DNA of 64,000 bases, from NCBI GenBank assembly GCA_013288205.1, contig JABDCH010000002.1:1213-65212 (forward strand), written 5' to 3'. The notes under the pieces are model-generated. The model was not told where the DNA came from. It was given only the letters and a program-made list of their open reading frames with translations, and searched no databases. Of this stretch, positions 17,816-26,692 are shown in pieces (within the stretch, counting starts at the first letter, position 1; each line of letters begins with the position of its first letter). Source of the DNA: Bacteroidota bacterium (GTDB taxonomy: Bacteria > Bacteroidota > Bacteroidia > JABEUT01). The position numbers and the translations under genes are program-made.

Positions 17816-18693
17816 TATTCGGCAAGAGAATTAGAGGTTAGATATTGTTTAACTAACAAAATTACTTGCCTTGCTTCCTTTATATCATGTACCCGTAAGA
17901 TATTAGCGCCTTGCAAAAGAGCGAGGGTATTAAGTGATACAGTACCCGCTAATGCATTTTCGGGTTTGGTTTTAAGTACTTTATTAATCATCGATTTACG
18001 GGAAACTCCGGTCATTATAGGAAGACCAAAACTTGTAAACCTGTCCAGGTAGTGCAAAAGGGTATAATTATGTTCTACGCTTTTCCCAAAACCAAACCCA
18101 GGGTCAATAATAATTTGTGAAACTCCGGCAGCTTTCAATTTCTTTATCCGCTTGGCAAAATATTCATGCACCTCTGCAACTACATCATTATAATGTGGAT
18201 TTTGCTGCATGGTTTTCGGGGTTCCTTGTATGTGCATCAATACATACGGCACTTTGTATTTAGCTACTGTTCGATACATTTCAGGATCGGCTCCGCCTGA
18301 AATATCATTTATTAGCGAAGAACCTTTCTCCAATACCACTTTAGCAACAGATGCATGAAAAGTATCAATGGAAACTGGGATGTTGGGATGATTCTTTACG
18401 AGGTATTCTAAAACGGGTAATAGTCTTTTTAGTTCCTCCTCCGGTGTAACGTCTTCTGCTCCGGGGCGTGTGGATGCTGCTCCCAAATCAAGCATATCTG
18501 CCCCTTGGGCGATAAGTTGTTCGGAACGTTCAATGGCTGCGTGAGAGGAAATATATTTTCCGCCATCATAAAATGAGTCGGGGGTAATGTTGATGATTCC
18601 CATTACCAGGGGAGACTCCAATGACAAGGTTACACCATTAACAAACCGAAGCGCGGCGACACTATTTTCTATTTCCCGGATAGTACTCATCAA
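17815..18693 (-). CDS. folP: Dihydropteroate synthase
   Basis: 292 aa. 'GIINITPDSFYDGG', 'GADMLDLGAASTRPGA' and 'IIIDPGFGFGK' are pterin-binding blocks. Its stop overlaps the cdaA ATG by 1 nt (TAATG). Confidence 0.9.
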   Translation of the reverse strand: MMSTIREIENSVAALRFVNGVTLSLESPLVMGIINITPDSFYDGGKYISSHAAIERSEQLIAQGADMLDLGAASTRPGAEDVTPEEELKRLLPVLEYLVKNHPNIPVSIDTFHASVAKVVLEKGSSLINDISGGADPEMYRTVAKYKVPYVLMHIQGTPKTMQQNPHYNDVVAEVHEYFAKRIKKLKAAGVSQIIIDPGFGFGKSVEHNYTLLHYLDRFTSFGLPIMTGVSRKSMINKVLKTKPENALAGTVSLNTLALLQGANILRVHDIKEARQVILLVKQYLTSNSLAE

Positions 18694-18704
18694 TTATTAC
18701 AAAT

Positions 18705-19778
18705 TTACAAAAATTGGGCGACTAAAAACTTCATCACATCCACCCCATCTGCATAATCGGAAAGTGAGGGTGAGTGGGTTTCTCCGATAGCAACCAATGG
18801 CAGTGAGGTACCATGTCGTAGTAGCTTATCTCTCATTTTTGTAGAAACGGCTATACATTGAATTTGCTCTTTTATCTCCAATAAATGACTGCTTAATTGT
18901 TCAAGACTCTCATATTCTTCAAAGTTCAATACGGCGATAGGGGAGGCAGTAGCGCTGTTTTCAATGACAGCAAGAAATCCGTTATCGGTAAACTTTTTCC
19001 CATCCATTAAGTAAATAGTACGGTTATACACATAATTAGAGTGGTACTTGTTATGGTTGATAACCTCTTTATAAGGCTCAGTACTCAGGAAGAAGTTGTC
19101 GAATATGCAGTTCTTTGGGACATACAGTTTCGATACATTCCGGCAACCCAGCCCGAAATAGCTAAAAATATCATTTCCCAGGGTGGTTAGTTCGGTATCG
19201 GTTTCAGAACCATCTAAAAGAGCAACGCCATTGCGGTTTTTACGTATAATATGAGGGATATTCCTGAAATAATATTCAAAATGTCTTGCCGTGTTGTTGC
19301 TCCCTGTTGCTATCACCGCATCCAACGGGGCGGCAAGTCTTTCCACAAAATGTATTTTTTCTTTCCATTCAGGTTCTATTTCAATCAGCCTGCTGGCAAT
19401 AAATTGAAGCAATCTGGAATCGGAATGCGAAAGTTTAGCGTGAAGTATATTCCCGCTTAACAATACGCATAAAAAGTCGTGGAAGCCTACCAGTGGAATA
19501 TTTCCTGCCATTACTACTCCAACTATTGCAGCCTTCCTGTTTTTTGTCTCCGTTTCAGGGTATAACGAGAGCCATTTAGCCAGTTTATCCTTCTCCAGCC
19601 ATGAGCTTATTCCTTTCACAGCAAGATGTATGTTACCTTTTGTAAACCAGGCATTTTCCTGTTCTGCTAATCGGATGGTTTGCTCCCATTGTTCTTGGTT
19701 GGAAGTATTTCCGGCTAAAAAGCTTCTAAGCTCTTCTCCCAGTAAATGAAAGCTTTGTATGGCTATGGTAGGTTGCAT
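18705..19778 (-). CDS. LuxC-like acyl-CoA reductase family protein
   Basis: 357 aa. 'VGVVMAGNIPLVGFHDFLCVLLSGN' and 'FGLGCRNVSKLYVP' resemble the LuxC (acyl-CoA reductase) family. Only 11 nt upstream of folP. Confidence 0.55.
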   Translation of the reverse strand: MQPTIAIQSFHLLGEELRSFLAGNTSNQEQWEQTIRLAEQENAWFTKGNIHLAVKGISSWLEKDKLAKWLSLYPETETKNRKAAIVGVVMAGNIPLVGFHDFLCVLLSGNILHAKLSHSDSRLLQFIASRLIEIEPEWKEKIHFVERLAAPLDAVIATGSNNTARHFEYYFRNIPHIIRKNRNGVALLDGSETDTELTTLGNDIFSYFGLGCRNVSKLYVPKNCIFDNFFLSTEPYKEVINHNKYHSNYVYNRTIYLMDGKKFTDNGFLAVIENSATASPIAVLNFEEYESLEQLSSHLLEIKEQIQCIAVSTKMRDKLLRHGTSLPLVAIGETHSPSLSDYADGVDVMKFLVAQFL

Positions 19779-19799
19779 GGTTTACTTTATGAGGGTATG

Positions 19800-19807
19800 C
19801 AAAGGTA
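19800..19807 (-). promoter_or_regulatory. -7 box TACCTTTG (minus strand) for the luxC-like/folP/cdaA operon
   Basis: Plus-strand CAAAGGTA, 21 nt upstream of ATG 19778. Confidence 0.45.
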
Positions 19808-19977
19808 GACTTACGATGGTAAAAAAACTATTTTGGGCTAGAATAAGTTTCAGCAATTAACAATTTTTAATCTGCCTGAATCTTTAAAAAGCCTGTAATA
19901 ATGAGCATAAACGCACTTTATATGAAATATTAGTGTGCTTTATGATAAAAATCTTGTAAAAAATCGCTGGTTTGATT

Positions 19978-19985
19978 TACATTTG
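19978..19985 (+). promoter_or_regulatory. -7 box TACATTTG for gap
   Basis: TAnnTTTG match 31 nt upstream of ATG 20017. It lies inside the longer 19972 ORF, which supports the internal start. Confidence 0.45.
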
Positions 19986-20016
19986 CACCCCAATTTTAAA
20001 CCCATACAAAAATAAA

Positions 20017-21012
20017 ATGAGTAAAATAAAAGTAGCTATCAATGGCTTTGGTAGAATTGGCAGAGTGACTATGAGAGCATTACTGCAAAGAAACAACATA
20101 GAAGTTGTTGCTATTAACGACATTACAGATAGCGCCACCCTTGCGCACCTTTTTAAGTACGATTCTATTCACGGAAAATTTGATGGAACCGTCGCAATTG
20201 AAGGTGATGGTATTAAAATTAACGGACAGCATATTAAAATAACCGCCCATAAAGACCCCGCAGCCCTTCCATGGAAGGAGTTGGGCGTTGATGCGGTTAT
20301 TGAATCAACCGGTTTGTTTATTGACAGGCCCAGTGCTGAAAAACATATTGCAGCAGGTGCAAAAAGAGTAATTATCTCTGCCCCGGCAAAAGGCGATATT
20401 AAAACCATCGTAATGGGGATTAATGATAAGGACTTGAAAAGCACTGATATAGTGGTATCGAATGCTTCCTGCACCACCAATTGTGCTGCTCCCATGGCTA
20501 AGGTAATACACGAAAGCTGGGGCATTGAAGTGGGCTTTATGACCACCATTCATGCATACACCAGCGACCAACGCCTGCACGATTCTCCACATAAAGATAT
20601 GCGCCGCGCTCGAGCAGCAGCCCTTTCCATGATTCCTACTTCCACCGGGGCAACCAAAGCTATTGTCGAAATATTTCCTGAATTGAAAGGTAAATTGACA
20701 GGCGATTCTATCCGTGTGCCGGTGCGTGATGGTTCTATTACCGATTTTACTTTTATTGTGAAGAAAGTTCCTACTGTTGCTGAAATAAATGCTGCCTTTA
20801 AAAAGATATCCGAAGGCGAATTGAAAGGCATACTCGAATATTCTGAGGAACCATTGGTTTCAGCGGATATAGTGGGCAATCCTCACTCTTGCATATTTGA
20901 TTCCGGCCTTACTGCCGTAATCGGAAACCTGGTAAAAATAAGCGGTTGGTACGATAATGAAACCGGCTACTCCAACCGCCTGGTTGACCTGATTGAAAAA
21001 ATGGGTAAATAA
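20017..21012 (+). CDS. gap: Glyceraldehyde-3-phosphate dehydrogenase (type I)
   Basis: 'KVAINGFGRIGR' is the NAD-binding motif and 'SNASCTTNC' the active site. 'WYDNE.GYSNR' sits at the C-terminus. Confidence 0.95.
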   Translation: MSKIKVAINGFGRIGRVTMRALLQRNNIEVVAINDITDSATLAHLFKYDSIHGKFDGTVAIEGDGIKINGQHIKITAHKDPAALPWKELGVDAVIESTGLFIDRPSAEKHIAAGAKRVIISAPAKGDIKTIVMGINDKDLKSTDIVVSNASCTTNCAAPMAKVIHESWGIEVGFMTTIHAYTSDQRLHDSPHKDMRRARAAALSMIPTSTGATKAIVEIFPELKGKLTGDSIRVPVRDGSITDFTFIVKKVPTVAEINAAFKKISEGELKGILEYSEEPLVSADIVGNPHSCIFDSGLTAVIGNLVKISGWYDNETGYSNRLVDLIEKMGK

Positions 21013-21035
21013 GCGCAGAATAAACAATATCTATT

Positions 21036-21068
21036 AAGCCCGTCTTACGTACACAGTAAGATGGGCTT
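21036..21068 (+). terminator. Hairpin terminator after gap
   Basis: AAGCCCGTCTTAC (21036-48) pairs with GTAAGATGGGCTT (21056-68), 13 bp with one G-U. The downstream stretch is T-rich (acttatttat). Confidence 0.55.
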
Positions 21069-21162
21069 ACTTATTTATAGGGCATTATCAACAGGCACTC
21101 TTTATAACTACCTTGTGCGGGTCATCCAGCTTTTAACCGGATGTAGTTACTTTGTGAAAGGA

Positions 21163-21813
21163 ATGAAAAAGCGTGAGTTTTATTACATCTTTTCGGCAAT
21201 ACTTGCCGGTTCTTTTTTGTGGGATGCTTGTCATTCCAGTAAAAAAGTTACCAAGTCAGTTCAGGTTACTAAGCTGGAAACCAAAAGTACTTATACGCCT
21301 GTCTCTGTCAGCGATGACTCCGAGAAGAGTCCACCTAAAAGAAGCAATATAAAAACGGACGATGCGGATCCACCTGAAACCAGGAGTGAGGAAAAAGCCA
21401 TAATAGCTGCCTATGCCGATAAATTAGGCGTTTCCAAACGGGATGTAACGAACTATAAACTCTACCATTTTGTGGATGATTGGTACGGAACCCGCTATAA
21501 ATACGCAGGAAGAAGCAAATCGGGGGTTGACTGTTCCGATTTTGTAACTATACTTTTAAAAACCGTATATAATATTGATGTTTCAGGCGCTGTTACAGAT
21601 ATCTATAAGCAATGCAAACCGATAAAAGCTTCTGAACTGAAAGAAGGTGATTTAGTTTTCTTTAAAATAAATAAGAAATCACTTTCGCATGTTGGCGTCT
21701 ATTTACAGAACCATAAGTTTGTTCATGCCAGCGTACACGCGGGGGTAATTATAGACGACCTGGGAGAAGACTATTATAAAAAGTACTACCGGGCTGCAGG
21801 ACGGATTTTATAA
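21163..21813 (+). CDS. NlpC/P60 (C40) family cell-wall peptidase lipoprotein
   Basis: I prefer the start at MKKREFYY. Lipobox-like 'FLWDAC'. Catalytic blocks 'GVDCSDFV', 'SHVGVYL' and 'FVHAS'. Confidence 0.75.
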   Translation: MKKREFYYIFSAILAGSFLWDACHSSKKVTKSVQVTKLETKSTYTPVSVSDDSEKSPPKRSNIKTDDADPPETRSEEKAIIAAYADKLGVSKRDVTNYKLYHFVDDWYGTRYKYAGRSKSGVDCSDFVTILLKTVYNIDVSGAVTDIYKQCKPIKASELKEGDLVFFKINKKSLSHVGVYLQNHKFVHASVHAGVIIDDLGEDYYKKYYRAAGRIL

Positions 21814-21815
21814 GG

Positions 21816-24047
21816 TTACGCTTCTACTATTTTTCCGATAGCGGAATCGTAACTGGCTTTTAATTCTTCCACTGTTCCAAAAGATTCTCCGTCAATCACC
21901 ATCTCGTTGCCATCAACTACACCCAGACAACTGAATTCAGCATTAGAGTTAAGCAACATATCAGTAAAAGCATCTTCATTTTCCGGTTTAACGGTAACAA
22001 CTATTCTCGACTGGCCTTCGCCAAATAAGAAGGCATCTTTACGGATACTGCTGTCGGTATCAATATCAAATCCGAGATTGCCAGCCATTGCTGATTCGGC
22101 AAGGGTTATAAAAAGTCCACCATCCGAGCAATCATGTGCTGATTCTATCAATCCTTGTTGAATCAAACTTTTCACAGCAGACTGTACCTCATATTCTTCT
22201 GACAAATCAAAATAAGGAGCGGGAGAACCTTTTACCTTATGCCACGAATAAAGATATTCCGACGAGCTAATTTCATTACGACATTCTCCAACCAAATAAA
22301 TCAAATCACCTTCCTGTTTGAAATCAAGAGTCATTACTTTGTTCTTGTCATGTACTATTCCGAGCATGCCAATTACGGGCGTTGGAAATACAGGTCCCTC
22401 AAAAGACGATTGGTTATAAAAGCTCACATTTCCACCGGTTACAGGAGTGCTAAACTTAGTGCATGCTTCGCCTATGCCTTTGATGGCTTCTACAAACTGC
22501 CAGTAAACTTCCGGGTTATACGGATTGCCAAAATTGAGGCAATTGGTAATAGCTATTGGGTCTCCGCCTGAGCAAGTAATATTACGCGCGGCCTCCGAAA
22601 CGGCTATCGCTCCGCCTTTATGTGGATCAGCATAAACGTAGCGTGAATTGCAATCTACCTTCAGCGCAAGAGCTGAATCGGTTTTTTTTACATTTACGAT
22701 AGCCGCATCCGAAGGCCTGTTAGAGCTCATATTCACCGTACCTACCATTGAGTCATATTGTTCATACACCCATTTCTTAGATGCTATATTCGGATGAGTT
22801 AGAAGGTAATGAGCAATCTCTTTATGGTTATCTGGTTCTGAAATTGTATCTATATTGAACTGTTGGAATTCCTTATAGTAGGCAGGTTCTTTAAATTCCC
22901 GTTTGTAAACAGGTGCACCTCCACCTAATACAAGGGTTTCAGCGGGCACATCGGCTACTAATTCGTCGCCCATGTAGTATTTCAAGCGGTCGCCGGATGT
23001 TACCTCACCAATTACGGCATAGTGCAAATCCCATTTCTCCAACACATCTTCCACTTCTTTTTCCCTGCCTTTCTTTACAATAACAAGCATCCGCTCTTGC
23101 GATTCGGAGAGCAGTATTTCGAAAGGCTGCATGTTTTGCTGGCGCAATGGTACCCTATCCAAATGAATAATCATACCACTTTGGCCCTTGGCCGACATTT
23201 CGGAGGTGGAGCAGGTGATACCTGCTGCTCCCATGTCCTGCATCCCCACCACAGCGCCTGTTTTGATAACTTCGAGAGATGCTTCGAGTAAAAGTTTTTC
23301 CTGGAATGGGTCACCTACTTGTACTGATGGTAATGATTCCGCAGAATCTTCTGTAATATCAGCGGAAGCAAACGTTGCTCCGTGTATGCCATCTTTACCC
23401 GTGCTAGAGCCAATGATATATACCGGGTTTCCTTCCCCATGCGATGTAGCCGAAATAGATTCGCCTACTTTCAAAATCCCAACCGACATGGCATTTACCA
23501 ATGGGTTCACATTATAGCATTCGTCAAAAAATACTTCTCCGCCAACGGTAGGTACTCCAAAAGCATTACCATAATCGCCGATGCCTTTCACCACGCCTTT
23601 CATCAGCCACTTGGTTTTGTCGGAATTAAGATTGCCAAAACGCAATGAGTTCAATTGTGCAATGGGGCGTGCACCCATGGTAAAAATATCGCGGTTTATT
23701 CCGCCTACACCCGTAGCTGCACCTTGATAAGGTTCCAATGCAGAGGGGTGGTTATGCGATTCTATTTTAAAAGCGCAGGCATAACCATTGCCAATATCTA
23801 CCAATCCGGCATTTTCTTCCCCTGCTTTGGCAAGCAAGCCCTTGCCTTCGCGTGGCAGGGTTTTGATATAGAAAATAGAGTTCTTGTAGGAGCAGTGTTC
23901 GCTCCACATAACAGAATATATGCTTAGTTCGGTATAGTTAGGGGTTCTGCCTAAAATGGCAATGATTTTTTGAAATTCCTCCTCCGATAATCCTAATTGC
24001 TTGGCTGTTTCTGCAGTAACTTGTATCTCTTTTACGATGGTTTCCAT
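21816..24047 (-). CDS. purL: Phosphoribosylformylglycinamidine synthase subunit PurL
   Basis: 743 aa. 'WSEHCSYK', 'ESHNHPSA.EP.QGAATGVGG..RD' and a duplicated AIR-synthase-like fold. Confidence 0.95.
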   Translation of the reverse strand: METIVKEIQVTAETAKQLGLSEEEFQKIIAILGRTPNYTELSIYSVMWSEHCSYKNSIFYIKTLPREGKGLLAKAGEENAGLVDIGNGYACAFKIESHNHPSALEPYQGAATGVGGINRDIFTMGARPIAQLNSLRFGNLNSDKTKWLMKGVVKGIGDYGNAFGVPTVGGEVFFDECYNVNPLVNAMSVGILKVGESISATSHGEGNPVYIIGSSTGKDGIHGATFASADITEDSAESLPSVQVGDPFQEKLLLEASLEVIKTGAVVGMQDMGAAGITCSTSEMSAKGQSGMIIHLDRVPLRQQNMQPFEILLSESQERMLVIVKKGREKEVEDVLEKWDLHYAVIGEVTSGDRLKYYMGDELVADVPAETLVLGGGAPVYKREFKEPAYYKEFQQFNIDTISEPDNHKEIAHYLLTHPNIASKKWVYEQYDSMVGTVNMSSNRPSDAAIVNVKKTDSALALKVDCNSRYVYADPHKGGAIAVSEAARNITCSGGDPIAITNCLNFGNPYNPEVYWQFVEAIKGIGEACTKFSTPVTGGNVSFYNQSSFEGPVFPTPVIGMLGIVHDKNKVMTLDFKQEGDLIYLVGECRNEISSSEYLYSWHKVKGSPAPYFDLSEEYEVQSAVKSLIQQGLIESAHDCSDGGLFITLAESAMAGNLGFDIDTDSSIRKDAFLFGEGQSRIVVTVKPENEDAFTDMLLNSNAEFSCLGVVDGNEMVIDGESFGTVEELKASYDSAIGKIVEA

Positions 24048-24066
24048 GTCTTTATTTATTGATATG

Positions 24067-24074
24067 CAAAGATA
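24067..24074 (-). promoter_or_regulatory. -7 box TATCTTTG (minus strand) for purL
   Basis: Plus-strand CAAAGATA, 19 nt upstream of ATG 24047. Confidence 0.45.
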
Positions 24075-24191
24075 GGGTATGCGCCGATATTTTTGTGTTA
24101 TAAAATGCTAAATGCACCTGTTTAGGGAATAATTTTATTAACAAAGCATTCAGGATGCATTCCCATTTATGCATAAAAAATTCTAATTTTT

Positions 24192-24211
24192 TTGCGTCAC
24201 ATTGCGTCACA
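24192..24211. repeat. Exact tandem direct repeat TTGCGTCACA x2
   Basis: TTGCGTCACA at 24192-24201 and again at 24202-24211, flanked by T-runs on both sides. It lies in a 451-bp AT-rich intergenic region. Confidence 0.8.
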
Positions 24212-24498
24212 CTTTTTTCGATTTATCTATATCCAATATAAATATGTTTCTATTGGTATAAACTGATATATAAGTACTTGCGGCTATTTCACAACTCTGT
24301 CGTATAAAACTAGAATTTCGATATAATTTTTGTGCCAGGCAAATGCCACTCACAAATAATTGGTTTTAAGAAATAAAAAAGTGGTAGTTTGGGTCATTGA
24401 CTTTTAAGGAATGGGGCAATTTTTTGATATGGGTGGAATAGGAGAGATTGTATCTTTTATAAACTCTGATAGAGTTTAAGGGAGTCTTAAATAACATA

Positions 24499-25053
24499 GT
24501 GACGACACAGCAGATAGAATATTCAATAGAGACAGGTAAACTTAGTCTTAGCTTCTGGGGTAAAATAAACCATTATGGAATTGTTCTATATTCGTTTCTT
24601 TTATCTTCTATCCCAATCTTTCTGCATCTTAAGTATTTTATCTTGGGGATACACAAACAATTAAAACCATTCGAACTTTTGTTTCTAATCCCTTTAATTC
24701 TTGGACTCCTTTTCTATTGGATGCAGAAAAACAGGTTGAAATTCAAGTCTATTGAAACTAATCTCAGTAGGGAAGAACTGAATAAGCTTATTGAAAAAGT
24801 AGCTAAAGAACTTGAATGGAAAGAAACGACATCCAATGATAAAGTATATATTGCGAAGACAGATCCTGGTTTCTTCTCTGGTAGTTGGGGGGAACAAATC
24901 ACAATTCTTTTTGACCAAAATAGAGTACTAGCGAATAGTATTTGCCGTCTTGATCAACATTCCTCTGTAGTATCTATGGGCCGAAACCGTCAAAACATAG
25001 AAACTTTAATAGATGAAATCAAGAATACCAACCATAATCCTGAAAAATGGTAA
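24499..25053 (+). CDS. Hypothetical membrane protein (two TM helices plus a soluble C-terminal domain)
   Basis: 184 aa with a GTG start. I recognise no family. It overlaps the next ORF by 7 nt (ATGGTAA), which suggests translational coupling. Confidence 0.4.
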   Translation: MTTQQIEYSIETGKLSLSFWGKINHYGIVLYSFLLSSIPIFLHLKYFILGIHKQLKPFELLFLIPLILGLLFYWMQKNRLKFKSIETNLSREELNKLIEKVAKELEWKETTSNDKVYIAKTDPGFFSGSWGEQITILFDQNRVLANSICRLDQHSSVVSMGRNRQNIETLIDEIKNTNHNPEKW

Positions 25054-26681
25054 ACATTCTTTTCTGCATATTCTACATCCTGCTTTTTTCTGCTATCATT
25101 AAGCGGAGCAGTTGGTTTAGTGCAGGAGGTTTTAGTAATAAATATTTCCTGGGTGTTTTTTATCTCAAGCTTCTATTCGGAGTAGCGCTTTGGTTTATTT
25201 ACACGCATATTTATAAAAACCGCCTCACCAGCGATGTGTTCAAATATTATGATGATGCCCGGATAATTTTTAATACGCTCCATACAAGCACAAAGGATTA
25301 CTTAACCCTGTTAACGGGTATTGGCGACACGAGCGCTCATTACCAGGACATATACCTTACCATGAATAATTGGGAGAACGGGTATGGAACCGTTTTATAC
25401 AGCAATAGTCACTTTATCATTCGGATGAATGCTTTTTTCTGGCTTTTTTCAAGAGGATATTACGGGGTGCATGTTATTTTTATGTGCTTCATTTCTCTTG
25501 TAGGACTTATGTATATCTATAAAGCATTTTTACCCTTTTTACAAGATAAGAGCAGAGCCCTTTTTGTTGCTGTTTTTCTTTTTCCTTCCGTCATTTTATG
25601 GAGCTCGGGAGTTTTAAAGGAAGGTTTTGTTTGGTTAGGATTGGGCTTGGCTATCTATTATTTTTTCAAATTCAGTAGTCAGTTGTCAGTTGTCAGTAGT
25701 CAGAAAGAAACAAAAATCCTAAATCCTAAATCACAAATCTCATATCTCATAACTTATACCCTATATCTAATAATCGGATTGGTTGTGTTGTTTGAATCGA
25801 AGGCATACGTGTTGCTTTGTATTATTCCCGCTTTTGTTGCACTCCTGCTGGTGAAAAAGCTGCGTTATTGCAGTGCACATCCTTTACTGACATATAGCAT
25901 AGTTTTGGCAGTGTACCTTTCAAGCTCATTTTTGCCTCATATTTTCCTTGGAAAAGTTAGCCCATTAAAAATGCTTTCGGATAAACAAACCGACTTTAAC
26001 CGGATAAGTCGTGGTGGGATTTACCTTGCTGAGATTAAAGACACAGAACAATATGCGAGTATCCCGATTACCGATTCTACCGATATAATTCCGTTGAATT
26101 CCCTTGCAGATAGCATGGCTCATAAAAAGGGTATCCAATACCTGGCAGAGAATTCTTTTTGGTACAATGAATTAAAAACTGGCAAGTATGTGCCATTTAT
26201 GCTAAAGCATGGTGCCGCGTATAACAGTTTCCGGTTATGGAATAACGATACTATGCATGCTATAGCGACCGACAGTACCGCATATTGCATTTGCACATAC
26301 ATTGAACCTGCCAAAAGCGCCATATATATTGAGCCAATAAGACCCACCCTGAAAAGCCTTACATATAATACGATGCAGGCATTGAAAATAGCCATGCTTT
26401 TGCCTTATCCATGGAAAGTACATTCAGCGATGACAGCCATTTATTGTGCCGAAAATATTTTTGTACTGATTGTGATTTTCGTTGCTTTGTTTTTTAGTAA
26501 GCGACCTTTTCTGCATAAAGAGATAGTATTGTTTTGCCTTGCCTATTGCCTGATGATGCTTATATTGATTGGAATGACAACGCCAATTTTAGGTGGGATA
26601 GAACGATATAAATCGGTGGTTATTCCTTTTATGTTTATTTTGCTTTTGCTAATTACTAAAAAGCCAGAAGCTAATGGCTAA
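25047..26681 (+). CDS. Hypothetical polytopic membrane protein (possibly GT-C-like)
   Basis: 544 aa with at least 10 hydrophobic helices and a ~130-aa non-hydrophobic loop (about residues 300-430). An acidic 'KYYDDARIIF' motif follows the early helices. I recognise no family with confidence. Confidence 0.5.
   Translation: MVNILFCIFYILLFSAIIKRSSWFSAGGFSNKYFLGVFYLKLLFGVALWFIYTHIYKNRLTSDVFKYYDDARIIFNTLHTSTKDYLTLLTGIGDTSAHYQDIYLTMNNWENGYGTVLYSNSHFIIRMNAFFWLFSRGYYGVHVIFMCFISLVGLMYIYKAFLPFLQDKSRALFVAVFLFPSVILWSSGVLKEGFVWLGLGLAIYYFFKFSSQLSVVSSQKETKILNPKSQISYLITYTLYLIIGLVVLFESKAYVLLCIIPAFVALLLVKKLRYCSAHPLLTYSIVLAVYLSSSFLPHIFLGKVSPLKMLSDKQTDFNRISRGGIYLAEIKDTEQYASIPITDSTDIIPLNSLADSMAHKKGIQYLAENSFWYNELKTGKYVPFMLKHGAAYNSFRLWNNDTMHAIATDSTAYCICTYIEPAKSAIYIEPIRPTLKSLTYNTMQALKIAMLLPYPWKVHSAMTAIYCAENIFVLIVIFVALFFSKRPFLHKEIVLFCLAYCLMMLILIGMTTPILGGIERYKSVVIPFMFILLLLITKKPEANG
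25673..25770. repeat. Heptanucleotide-periodic tract inside the 25047-26681 CDS
   Basis: CAG then TAGTCAG TTGTCAG TTGTCAG TAGTCAG (25676-25703). After a spacer: AAATCCT AAATCCT AAATCAC AAATCTC ATATCTC ATAACTT ATACCCT ATATCTA (25714-25769). The reading frame stays open ('SSQLSVVSSQKETKILNPKSQISYLITYTLYL'). Confidence 0.8.
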
Positions 26682-26692
26682 TAGCGTAACCA

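Noticed and set aside
21907-23927. Series of 84-110 aa ORFs on the plus strand inside purL. Similar antisense or alternative-frame ORFs occur inside the T9SS cargo gene (35156-36551), both RND permease genes, the TMTC-like genes, nadE and others.
   Set aside because: They lie fully within long, well-supported genes on the opposite strand or in another frame. Their composition is low-complexity or odd, and they lack -7 boxes. They are typical shadow ORFs.
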